Origin: Marsupella aquatica
Taxonomy: Eukaryota; Plantae; Marchantiophyta
Direction: 5' to 3'
NCBI GenBank assembly: GCA_973895155.1
Contig: OZ316895.1
Coordinates: forward strand, 11,086,184 to 11,150,183
Length of the DNA stretch: 64,000 nucleotides
Positions within the stretch are counted from its first letter, which is position 1. Each line of letters starts with the position of its first letter. Below the pieces are notes generated by a model. The model saw nothing but the letters and a program-made list of their open reading frames with translations, was not told the origin of the DNA and did no database searches. Position numbers and translations under genes: made by a program. This document shows, piece by piece, positions 13,273-25,856 of this stretch.

Positions 13273-16200
13273 AATTAGGGCTCAGCTTCAAGCCGCCGGA
13301 TTTCACATAGTGCTACCAAGTCGAGAGGTTCGGTTTAGGCTGAGGGAAGTGGAGCTTGCAGGTTGGCTACGGACCTTGGATGAAGGAAGCTATGGGGCCT
13401 AAATGAAATGTTGCGGGTGGAGGCCGACACTTGATGCTTGCGAAAGTGGCGTTTGACGCAAAGCGGGACGTTGCAAGGCTGGGAGGCGTGCACTGGCGGG
13501 ACCGACTGTGGGAGGCACACCTTTTTTGGAGTTTTGTTTAGGGGTAACTTTCCTTACACTGCCCACTGTTTACGTAGAATGATCATACTTTCCATTGTTT
13601 ATGCATGCATACACTTTACTAACTATGAAAGCTCGTAACCTACTACCAGCTATTGCCCGAGCTACCGTCGATCTGTAAGAAGGGTGAGGCGCGGGTTGAG
13701 GTGTTGTTGTGGCTATTGTTGATCTGCGCTTAGTGCCGTTTGTCTGCTGGAAGCCCGGCCAGCGGGAAGCCCAGGCATCTGAAAGAGGTCCGACTCCCTC
13801 TGCTCACTATCTTACTCGGCTCACTACCTTACTCCGCATAGTACGTGATTTCAAATATTTTGGTATGCACTGCACTTCCCGCTCCACTTTCGACTATGGT
13901 CAACTCCTCTTTGTTTTGAAATTGCGGCTCACAGCAGGGCTGAAATGTTGCAGAAAATGAAAGGTGGTATGCCTTGGGTGTTGTGGGAAGCGACATTGTC
14001 TATGTAAGGTTTGCTATTGTTGCTATTGGAGCGCAGCCCCGAGTATGCGTGCAACTGCAGACGGTGTCTCAAGCTGTCTGTAGGAGGCCCACAAATCCTA
14101 GCATGCTGCAATGCAAAAAGGTCCAAATCAGTGTCTTGCCTTTTCACCACCCTGCACACCCTCTGCTCATTGTCGTTGTCTATGCAATTTAGTTTTTCAT
14201 TGTATCCTGAAGCTTTACAAGCTTTCATGTTGAGTCTGGTCGTGGCGTTTTCCCGGGCGTTTTGGCAATCCTGTGTTAATTGAATGTTGGGCCCGACTGT
14301 ATCTGTTGCCGCTGCCGTTTGGAATTTGTTGGATATGGTGCTCTCTGCTGATTCCCACATTGTCGTGCTCAGTGCTGTCATCTTGTTAATGTGGGCTATG
14401 GCTTACTGATCCGTAAGTCTACTCGCAAGCAATCCAGATAATTTTATGTTCTAATGTGTGACAGGAAATGTGCTGTCTCCTCTTTCCTCTTTGCTTGACT
14501 TATTCCTTTGCTTTTGATCTTGTCCGTGTATCTCAATCTTGGGCAGCTATTTTCATTTACATAGTGACTGTAAAGCTTTGCTAGTTGCTTACATTGTAAT
14601 GGTATTTTGCTCTCCATTACAGTTGTTCTTCTGACTTGTTCGATGGCATTTGACTGTCCAATACAGCGATGAGCCAGCTGCGTTGAGTTCTTTCAATTTG
14701 ATCAGCTGTTGGGAGAGCGTTCGGGACGTTGAATTTGAGCTGGTGGCCTCCGAATTGTTGAGATCAGTCAGTCTTGGGTGAAATCCAGTGTTTGCGTGAA
14801 AAGGTCCGTGCTCTTTGCTCTTGACGTCTCTGTTTGACTTGGACCCTCAATTTGTTTCACGGGGATTGCAGCTTTCGTCTTTCATAGAGTCCAAGTCTTT
14901 CTCGATTACATTACTGTGTACTTGTAGATGTCTTCCAATCGGAGGTACGCTCTGTGTTTCACAGGGATTACAACTTTCATCTTTCACAGAATCCAAGTCT
15001 TTCTCGATTACAAGGCTTCTTGTTTAATGTGGGTGCCAATGCCTGTGCAGTTGTAGATGTGTTTGGTTTTCTAAATGCTAATATTTTTTGTGATTGCAGA
15101 GTTTTTTGTTTGGGTGAGCGCTGTCCACCTCAAAAGACTACAAGCGATTGCAACAATCAGGTCATTTTCAAACTATCTAATCGTTTCTTTTGCACAATGT
15201 CATAGTGATTTTCAAATCTATTGGTATATCATTTGCTCTTGTTCAATCAGAGTAGCAAAGCATGGTGAACTCCTATTTGTTGCTCCATCGTGGCCTGCAT
15301 CGTGGTTAAATTTGTGCTTCAAATGTGTGCAGAAGTTGTCGCTCTTGCTGTCCGGGCATTTTACTTGTCAAATGTGCGGCTACTGCTGCGGAAGTCCCTG
15401 TGGAAGGTGTCTGCCATAGGCCAGTGGAAGGTGTCTGCTTTTGGGTAGTTTGCCTCTCAGTTCTCCTTTGTGTCCATTGTACTAGTCCAGGAATAATTGT
15501 GGGGTAGAAATGTCGTTGTTTGATCGAGAACCACAATTAAGAACTTTGGTATATGAGATGGGAAGCGATGGACGTAGCAAAGCTGAGCTGAGCTGAGAGT
15601 AGATAGAACAATTTTGCATCACGGCAAAGCGATGAAGAAGATTGATCATGGCCAATTTTTCCGATCATGGCTCTAGACAACTGACATGATTTTGTCCAAT
15701 TCTCACATCCGATGACACAAGCAAACCAGTATTACAGAGTAGTAAGTGGCTTTGCACTGCACAGTGAGTTGTAAAAAGGGAAGTATCGACCAAAACCCCA
15801 CTCAAAGATTTAGATGAGGTCATGAATGAGGAGTCGAATACAAAGCTGAGCTGCTATGCGCGGCTACCCCGGCGCGTTGAGGAGCTGAGGGATTTCTTGT
15901 GTTTTGGGGTTTCGTGTTTTGGTTTTTCTTTGTTGAACGAGATTCGGCTTGCAGTCTATGCAATCATATGAGGATTTTGGTGGTCCGGTTTGAAGGTGTA
16001 ACAATTCTGCCATCTCGTTCTCCTTTTTGGCATTGACTTCAAACACAGCTTCTGCTGCTTTGCCTACATTCCCCTTCTCCCTTCCCTTGTTTCCCAAGCC
16101 AAGATAGTAATTCACGATTGATCGCAGCTCTAATCCTCATTTCGGTGTCATATTTTGTGTTGCTGGTTTGTTTACTTTATCTTGTTTGTCCGATACCAAG

Positions 16201-17767
16201 TTGCAGTACACTTGTGAGATTTTCTGTGTGTCCAATAAGACCTTTCTCTTAACCCCTCAATCTCAGCCATTCCATCACTCAACTCCTTTAATCTCATATG
16301 GATCGATCCAAGCGAGAGGCATCGATTTCATGCTCCTCTGCTACTTCTGCGCCTTGTTCCTGCTCCTTTCACAGCATTTGTAGGGGCAGGGACTAGATGG
16401 ATTTTGAGCAATTCGAACAAGCAGCGGATTGCATTATTCAAATAACCCATTGAAATATCCTATACAGATTGCAATATTAAAAAACCCACTTCATTTGCTC
16501 ATTGCAATAGTATTGCGTAACTTTATTTTATCACCGAATGTAGCAATTCTCTTAGTAGGTCATTACTGAAATGCGGGCTGAAATGGTAACAATTTCAATT
16601 GCCCATGATAATTGTGTTGCATTACTATAATGAGACGAAATTGAATTGCTATTTACTTAATGCCTTTTCTCTTTGCTTCTCACTCTTTGTAGGAGGGAGT
16701 GATCATTGAGACTGTATTACTTATGCCCCTATGCCCCACCTCCAGAAGGAAACATGTCCCACACACTGAGTACATTGTAAGGTAAGATTTGGGGGATCAT
16801 TGATGTTCCTGTATATGGCAATGCCTTCCTTTTCCTGGCATTACCCTTCTAAATAGTCCCACTGCAAACTATTTTTAAAGATATTCCTTAAACTCATTTT
16901 TTGTTGTCATTTACACAGATACTCATACACCTCTGAAGTCAGGAAGGACAGACGCCCCCAAGTGTTGGGTTCCACCATCACAAGGTATCCAATCAATTTT
17001 GCATTTTGTACTATTTCCTTCTGGATTACCGTATCTGTAATGTCTCCACAGACGCTAATTGACAGGCATTGTGTGTTGCTGAGGTAAGTTTTCAGCTTTT
17101 CATTTCCAGGTCCTGTTTGCAATTTCCTTCCCTGCTATTGCAAGTGTTGGTTTGCAGGTTCCTCAAGTTCATTGGGACCCTGGGGAACTAATGCCCCCAG
17201 AGGAGACTTGCTGGAAGTGATGACCCAGCAGTCTAGCGCCCCTTGAATGAGAGAGCAGGTTGCCTGGGAGGGGGGGGGGCCTTGGAGTTGATTGCCAATG
17301 GCATTCCTGATTAGAGCCCAAAGTGTTAGGATTTGGTTGGTCCGGGATTGGCAAAGAATCCAAATTCTTGGGGCATTTAGGGTCGATAGGGACTAAGTCC
17401 AAGTACACCGTGTTCGAGTGGAGGGAATTGGAGTGTGGGCAACCCGACTGTACATGCTAAGCACACATGAGCATGTTACAGATCCCAATCCCTCTAGTGC
17501 TTACATTGACATTGGAATCCTTGTCAGCAAAGGGGCCACCCTTCCCACCCGAGATTTCTCGGAGAAAACTGACTTGGATCTGTAGAAGCCAATCACCAAG
17601 AGCAATGGCCGGGATGGGGCAAGGCTCTCTTGGGGGTTGGTCCAATGGATGTGGTCTCCCAAGCAGTGGGCTGCTGTAGATGTTCTGTACTAGGGTATTT
17701 GATTGGGAAATGCTTGAATGTGACATGTCCATTGTATTTCTTGCAGGTCTGAATCTGTGATTTTTTC

Positions 17768-20700
17768 ATGCCGCCTGTGCCTGTATTTCTCGTTGACCAT
17801 GAGTCAGGGACCAGAAAACACTCTGGGACCATTAGTTGTCTCCCTGGATGGACCTTGGCGGATGCTAGGCAGAAAATGGTGGATTTGGAACTTTGGGACT
17901 TTGATTTTGATTTTATTGATAGCGTGGGAGGTTGTAGATTGCGTGCTGCTTGGGAAAAAGGCAACCTCATTGATGATTGTGATGGAAAGATTGTCATCAT
18001 CCCAAAAATACAGTCTCTGCCCATCCAGAAAGTGGGGGTAGATGTTGGAAGCAGCAATGCCTCCAATGCTGAGGCTCTGAGTAAGAGCGTTAGTGACAGA
18101 GAGTGGCACACTGAAGTTAGGGTAGAACCTGAGATACAGTGGGGACAACAGGACTTGCCTCTACCTGTTTCACCCCCAACTTCACCTCTCCCTAATGTAC
18201 CTGTGGATGATGATCCACATGTGAGTTTCCAGTCAACAACTATGTCAAATGATCTGGCCAAGCTCTGGGTGTCCAGTGTTGACAAGTTGAAGGAGCATAT
18301 GGTCTTCATAAAGTGTGAGGACCACAAGTGGAGCGTCAAAACTTGGGACAATGGTGGTGTTCCATGTGGTAAGATAGAGTGTTGCGAGTGCAACACTAAT
18401 ATATCTGGATCATCTAAGTATGTTATGGATAGGGTGTCTGTCACTAATTGTTTCACAAATTTCAAACAGAAGCATTTGATCACCCCAAAGCATGCCAAAA
18501 ATGTGGCACATAATAGGGGGCAGAGAGTAGACTCTGTTGAGATCAGTCGAAGGGCTGCAGCTTCCTCCTTGAACGATCGTGCAACTCTTGACATGCATGT
18601 TCAGATAGTTGAAAGGCTCAATGAATCTGAGCCTGTGTCCAAACCTACCTTCTACATTGTAGGTGATGTTCAGAAGGAGCCTGTGGAGAAGTTAGAGCGG
18701 TTCAGAGTGGGGTGCCATTTTTGCTCTGACGTGTTCACTTTGGTACCCAAGCAACGTAATCTGGAGGTTAATCTGAAATCCCATTGCATCTCTGCAAATC
18801 ATCTATCAGTAGTGGCTAGGAGTTTGAAGCCACCACCTGGTGCACCAATACTGTCAGGAAGGTCAGGCAGACCTCCCAAGGATGATAAGAGGGATGTTCG
18901 CCAAAGAACCATTAATGGGTTCTTAACCCGGCAGGCCAGAGATATTGCTTCCAGCAGCCGGTCAGGAGGGACAGCTGGAGGGAGTGGTTCAGGAGGGAGT
19001 GGTTACAGTGGAGGTTCAGGCCATTCAGGGGATGTGACAGGAGATCCAGGTAAACCCCACCCTTGGTCATTGTTGTGTTGGGGATTGTGGCGGAACTCAG
19101 TTCAATATGGTGCAGTAATCAGGCCTATCAAGGATATCCTATTAGATCAGCCAAAGGTTGATAGAGCATGGTACGCAGAGTCAGGGGTAAAGGCAGAGGT
19201 GTGGTGTCTTCTAGGCCAAGAATCTTGTTTGATAGAAGGACTGTTCAGGCACGTGAACTGTAGTAGAGCATCACGGCTTCTTGGTGGTTTTCAAGATCTG
19301 ACTTGTGAAGAATGTTACAGTATTGCAAGGATGGGTGACTTCCGATTAAGAGCCTTTAGAGAGGACATTGCAGTAGAGAAAAGAGGTACTCGAGGAACCG
19401 GTAAGGGTAGACGGTTGGCATATCTCACAATTCCTGAGATTCAAGAACAAGCCAAAACTTACAAGAGAAACATTTCGTCTCTCAGAAAATGTCTCAGAGC
19501 TCAGCAACACCGCCTGTGCATGCTGGGGGCCCGAGTCCCCACTTTGAGAGATCTTTGCAAAGAGTCTGGAAGTAGGAAAGACATGTACAAGTTTTGCAAT
19601 GACATAGTCTTGGCTCACCAGCGTGGTGCATTTGGTGGGAGAGAGGCCCTATGGGACTTGTTGCGAGATGTAGCTGCAAATCTTAATAGGAAGAAAGAAG
19701 GAAACACCTTTCGGCCTGGCACTAAACTTCTTTCCCAGATATTGTTCCAACACGGTGGCAGGCGTGTGGTGGACTGCTTGCAAAGTAATGCATTAGGCCC
19801 TAGTCTGAACACCCTTCAACGGGACAGGAGAGCCATGGCTGTATTTAGGCCTGGTTTGCATGCTGACCAGTTCAAGTTTGTTGCTGCTGTATACTCTCAA
19901 CTAAAGCAGAGGATGGGGATCACAGGTCCCGTGCCATGCTATTTGGCAGAAGATGAGACCTGTCTTAAGCGGACAGTCAGGTGATTTCATTCCCCTGGAC
20001 AACATCCTACAGTCTGTAGTAAATTTTTGGCTGTTATCCCTCTCCTCAATAGGTCTGTGGCTGACCACTATTGTGGATGGCTGTGTTGCAGATGGCAACC
20101 AAAACATGACACCTTATTGGGGTTTTGTGGGTTGAAAGAGGATCACCAGTGTGTGGTTGGCTTGACAATAAAGGTTGGAGCAGGAGAGGAGGGTTTCAGC
20201 AAAATCACTGATACCTTTGAGAATTACAAAATTGGAAACCAGGCCAGATGTATAGTAGTAAATCCTCTTGCAGAAAGATTTCCTAAATTTTGCATGGTAG
20301 CCATGAGTACATGCGGTAAGTTTACTGCAGATTTTGTCAATCAACAATGGAAGTCCACAGACACTTTGTGGGCTAAATATTGTCTAGACTCAGTTGGTCC
20401 TCTCTTGGGTCATGCTAGTGATGGAGATGCACGAAGGAGAAAGCTGATGCTAGAAGACTACACTGGTCAAAGCTCATATCAAGGGCAAAGACAGAATTTG
20501 AGATGGGAAGGTTGGCTATTGAGCCACTCATTCACTACCAATGGACGTCATACACATGCTGTTGGTTTACATGATCAGGATTACATTCATAATGGAAAGA
20601 AGTTAATAAACCCACTTGATTCTGCTGCCAGAACTTTGAACCTGGGAACAGAGGTGGCTGGAATCAGTAACTTGGACACTCTCCAACGTTTATATAGCAA

Positions 20701-22501
20701 CTTGGATCATGGGTTGAACAAAGGTGATGTTACACGGAATGATAGACAGAATTGGGCCAGTGCACAACGATTATGTAGTAGAAAAGTTGTGAAGGCACTA
20801 AGAATGCTTCGTGAAAGGAAAGATGCAAGAGTTGAGCGAACTCTGGGGACTGAGATGTATCTCACAATATGTGGTGATTACTTGGATATCTTTATGAATC
20901 CTTGTCTCACCTTGAGAGAGCGGGTTGTTCTCTATGCCAAAGTTAGTTTCTTTTTTCGCCTTTGGCGATTATGGTGTTTTCATGGAAATCATAGTGTTGG
21001 AGGTAACACGACAGCAATCAATTTTACTGTGAGTTGTGTCCCTATGCAGACATTTCTTGATATTCAGATATCTGTGCACTTTGTGGTACTTCTAATTATC
21101 CAATTCAGGGATAATTTCAGACATTTGCCAAATGTGCCATTGCATTTGACAGGATCTGATGCATGTGAACAGTTTTTCTCCAAAGTAGGAGGAATGAAAG
21201 GGAATGAGCGTAGTTATGATTTCTCTGAGTTGATTGACTGTGCAACATCGTTGAATAGGTTGGCTGCAATGGATCTCAGCAAAGGGATCAGAGGGGCTGG
21301 AAAAAGTCACAAGAAGCATTGCAATATTTGGATGAAATTGCATCCAATACCGGTACAAGTTGGTACTTCTGTTAATCCTGTAGACTACACAGGTATTGAA
21401 ACCAATGAGGAAGTTGTGGTAGCTCTGAAAGAAGGGTTACTTTTAGCCCAGACTGTAGGAATCGAGTTGCAGATGAATCCATCTACATCTTGTAGGGATA
21501 AAGTATGGTGGGAATCACCTTGGATTACTGAAAAAAAAGGGTCCAAGTTTGGAGGATGGTGTGATGTTAAGGTGGAGGATCTTGCACCTGTTGATAGTGA
21601 TGATGAAGAATCAGGCGGGGAGATCAGGCAAATTGCAGCTAATGTAACTATCCCAACACTTCCAACTGATATGGCAATGGCAGAAAGTAGTGAGATCATT
21701 GAAGATAGTGAAAGGCCAAGCATTGCAATAGTAGGGGATCATTGTTCAGCTGTTATGTCTGAAATGCATTCAGACTTGGTGTATGGACAACCTGTTCTTG
21801 ACATCAGACCAACTGTGAGTTTTGATGGTCGGACTATATACAAGAGCACATTGGTAAGCCAACTAGTTGGTAACCCCAATGTAAGTAAAGATCGTTTGAC
21901 TAGAGTGAAACAGAGCTTGTACTTCAACAATTTAGTTGATGCACCCAAAGATCGAGCAGGAGCAGTCACCATGTTCATGACTGTGGGTAGTGATTGTGGA
22001 GTTCTCTTTGCTGATACAACAGTACAGACTCGGGCCACAAGAGCCACTGAGGCTATACAAAAAGCCATGAAAGGGAAAAGAGCAAGGAAAGAATGTGGGA
22101 CAACAAATGGATATTCTGCTCCCAATCCAAAAAAGCCAAGGGGAGAACCTGTGAACGTTACCACAGTACCTGATACCCTTAAGTACACTTGGTGGATAGG
22201 GAGGGTACAATGCATCCAACGAAAATATCAGGGTCGGGTGATGGGTAGAACAAGACAATCAGTGGATTTACTTGATAGGCCTGGTGGTGAAGAAGCTGTA
22301 AGAGTTCGTTTTGAATGGTTTTCAAGGATTGGAAATAGTAAGCACAGATTTGCTTACAATGTTTGTGATCCTCAGTGGATCGATTTGGATTGTGTGATAT
22401 CAAACGTGACACTATCAGTGAATCCCACAACTCCAAATGTTTTTCATTTGCATCCCGCTGATGCAAATTTGCTGGATGATTTTGCTAAAGCCCATAAGTG
22501 A
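17768..22501 (+). CDS. P-like DDE transposase, ~1540 aa; exons 17768-19980 and 20092-22501
   Basis: GT-AG intron 19981-20091 joins LAEDETCLKRTVR-WQPKHDTLLGFCG in frame; motifs EDET, HASDGDARR, QDYIHNGKKLINPL (DxxH), DRQNWASAQRL, TGSDACEQFFS; two C2H2-like motifs N-terminally; no internal stops; further 5' exons possible. Confidence 0.82.
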
Positions 22502-25500
22502 TTGATACCACAGAAGGGTAAATGGTTATATTCTGAGACTTCAGCCATGCAAGGAGACAAGATTTTTTCTAAGGCAAGTTCTTAAGATCCTGTTTGCTTT
22601 TGTGAACAATTTGATATCCCATTTGATATGACATAGTAAAACATATGCTCATTAGGCTCACATATTACTCCACATAATAGTTTAATTTGGACAAATCATT
22701 AATGTTTTTGATGTAATTTTTTTTATTGTGTTCACTCAGGATCTTTTGAAGATGGAAGACAAGAGGAGGACATATAAGTTGAGAATTTTGCAAGAGTGTT
22801 CTCTTAGTTCAGATAGAAGTTCTGTATGCACTAAACCCTAAATGTGTGCCCGGCCTCTTAGTTCAGAACTTTTGCAAACACTCTTACATGTTTATAGCAA
22901 AATGTTTTCTAGAAATAGTGCTTTTATAAGATTATTAGAAAATAGTTGTATAAGTACTTTTACATATATGCCCTTTATAGACAATAGGTAGATTTGTAAG
23001 CACTGCTTCATGTGCTAAATCATAATGAAGCACTCTTATATGTGCTAGAAACACTGTTAAAGTTAAAGCACTATTACATGTGCTAGAACAGAGTGATTCA
23101 TTGTTATATGTGCTAAAGTTGAGTCTTCTTCTCCATTCCAACACAAATTTTTTTATATAGATACCTATTTTTCTATGGTATACCTTTAATGAGTTTTGTA
23201 TATTTTTTAATATTTTTCAAAAATTTATAATATTTTAAGACCTTTTTAAATTTGATTAATGGTAGATTTATAATTTTTGCAAGGGGTAAATAAATTCTCT
23301 AAAATTAAGTTTTTAAGAATAACAAGAGATAAATCTATCGGTGACCAAAAATAATAAGGGGTATGTGATAAGGGGCTGTACGCACGTATACCCCTTACCA
23401 ATACAAAGGCTGGGGGCCCAGGGGCTGGTCCCAGCTAGGTGGGTTTTTCCGGCATTGGAGAGACGGCCCCAACCCGAGGCCCGAAGTCCAGTGGACACGC
23501 CAGCTTCACCCACCCCACCTCCACAAATAGCTGTAATCATAACCGAGGAGGCGCCGGAGGCGCCGGAGGGGTCGGTCGTCGCAACCGTTGATGCGACCCA
23601 ACTAGCCGGGCTAAGTATAGAAGTTGGTACGGCAAAGGTCTTACCCGAACCCGGGTCTCCCAAGGACCCACTGGTGGCAATTCCAGAGAACCGGACATTG
23701 CTGCAGGAGGACACTCCAGCCCCTTCCAACGTTATGTCCCCAGGGCTGGACGTCACTGCCCCGGCCCCTGCGCGTGTTGACGTCTGCCCGTGCCCAAATC
23801 CGGACAAGCACAACTTGGACCACCTGGAACTCTTCGTACAGGGTACGTTTCTGAACGGGCTTCTAGGAGATTTCTCTCATCAAATTGCCCGGGATACCGG
23901 GGAGTTCATGGCCCGGAAGGTAGCCTGTTTCTTCAATCAGGAGTTGGTTGCCGCAGTAAAGGCAGGTCGGGCCCAGTCGGAGGCCCTTCAGAGGATAGAG
24001 CGGTACCGGGTGGAGTCTGTGTACCTAAAGAACGAAGTGGCAGCTCAAGAGGCTGAGCTTCTGCAACTACAACCCAAGGTTGCAGCCGCCGATGAGTTGT
24101 TAGCAAAGGCGCACGCTCTTACCGCCCTAGTCGAACAGGCCAAAGCTGGGAACGAGGCCGAGATTACATGACTCCGGAACCAGATTGACAGTTTGAAGAA
24201 ACAAGCTGTCACTTGGCAGAAAGACCTGGAGGAGGCCGAGGAGCGAGCCCAACGGGACACGGCGGAGATAGCCACGCTGTAGGCCGAGATAGCGCGGCTC
24301 CAAACCGAGGCCGAGAAGCAGGATCAGCTGGCGGCTAAATTGACGAGCGACGCCCAGCAGCTGGAGGAGGCATGTCAGGAGGCAACAGAGGAGACGGACG
24401 CGGCGAGGCGAGAGAACGAATCTCTACTGGACCAGGTCCAGCTCCTCAAAGCGGACAATGACAGGCTTCAAAGGCAGCGGGATGGCCGTTCCCATTCGGG
24501 CGGCTCTGGCAAGCGTGCCAGGCATTAGCGGCGGAGTAGGAATAGATTAGGATTAGGATTGGCTTAGTCAGGCTCTTGGGACAGGCATCTGCCTTAGGTA
24601 CAGCAGCGCTGCCCTGCTGTCCAGCCTGCGTAGATTAGGATCTTCTAATAAGACACAGCCATTTTCCGGCCTGACTGTCAGCTTAGTTAGAACCTTAGTC
24701 AACGAATCTTCGGCGAGAGGACACCCTGCCCCTCGGCTCTTAGTATTTAGTGCACCCCTCGGTAGAGGCAGGGGGGGTTTTTAGTTTCAGAGTCGGACAT
24801 CCGCGGGATATGCGGGGAGTCCCGACCTCTGGGAATGAAAGAGTACCAAGGGGAGGGGGTAGGACTAAGCTCGTTGGGCGAGTGCGGAGCCGGGCTCCGT
24901 TGTAGTGTGCACCCTCGGCCTTGAACCTGTTCATTCCAGGGCTGTCGGGTCAACTAAGTGTACGCATATGTTCCCTTTGTAGTAAAATCCTTTCCCATCA
25001 TTTTCCTTCATGTAAATCGAGATTGTATGCATGTGTGCGCATATGTGTGTGGGTTTCTTGTATATGGGTGGCAGCGCCAGGCCGAACGCACTACCCGAGA
25101 CATGCACAGGGTGCAGCCTGCGGGTAAGTGGTTGCGAGCACGGGTTGGGGACCTGTATCATCGAATCCGGATCGAAGGCGGACAGCACGAAGGCTTAGAA
25201 GTCCTTAAGCCGGGGTCGATCCTGCTATCGACTAAGGTACGTTTCGGCGGCGGAACACAAACCATACCTAGGAGGTGTCCGTATTTAGCAGTAGGCGCAC
25301 TTAGCGCTAGTTTACGAGAATAAGGTGCATTACGTGCTTCCCTTCCTGCCCGAACCCTCAGATTTACGAGGGATGTGCCCGTCTAAGCTGAAGTCTGAGT
25401 TAAGGCCAAAGCCTACGACGTGACAGGTCTAAATACGCTCGGCACGCGCGTTAGGAATGTCTTAGACCGCTATTATTAGCATAACGACAGTATTTAGGTA

Positions 25501-25856
25501 ATCATTATGGGTAGGATGTCATTAGGCAATAAGGGGGAATTCAGGTTCGGACTGGCGGCTGGTCGCTATTCGCACACCCGGGTTACAAGCGTGGAGGGGC
25601 CCCTCCCTCGGGTCCGTATAACGAACTTAAGGAAGCGGCCACTGACACGCGCTGACTCAGACCGGCGGAGTGGCCGGCACACCACAAGCGTGAACGGTTC
25701 AGCCTATGGGCGTCGAGGAGACGTCGGGGGATCGACAAGCCCTCAAGGTATAAAAGGGGAGCCAACCCTTTGTAGTGCACCAGTCCATCAGTCCACGCGC
25801 CAGCTTCGACCCCAGCTCTCTCGTTCGCTCTAAGTCGCCACTACTATCTCCTCTGA

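Larger units (their letters stand above)
12700..23423 (+). mobile_element. 10.7-kb TIR DNA transposon, P-element-like DDE type, apparently autonomous
   Basis: 13-bp TIR CCCTGGGCCCCCA; 8-bp TSD GCTGGTCC (12692-12699, 23424-23431); empty site seen in A2 (~27392); carries an intact transposase gene. Confidence 0.9.
10829..24528 (+). pseudogene. LTR-encoded gene of unit A1, interrupted by the 298-bp MITE and the 10.7-kb transposon, plus stops and frameshifts
   Basis: Pieces 10829-11090, 11397-12699, 23432-24528 reassemble to match the A2 gene. Confidence 0.8.
10363..25425 (+). mobile_element. Solo-LTR-like unit A1 (~4.0 kb net), same family as A2, inserted 41 bp inside A2
   Basis: TGTGAC...GTGACA termini; perfect TSD GGTCT (10358-10362, 25426-25430); colinear and highly similar to A2. 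Confidence 0.87.

Noticed and set aside
17593-18594. 333-aa minus-strand ORF and other antisense ORFs over long CDSs
   Set aside because: Shadow ORFs of real sense genes with no recognisable motifs
12700-23423. hAT or CACTA classification
   Set aside because: 8-bp TSD fits hAT but hAT hallmarks (CxxH, TRWNS, ERxFS) are not evident; no CACTA termini or 3-bp TSD
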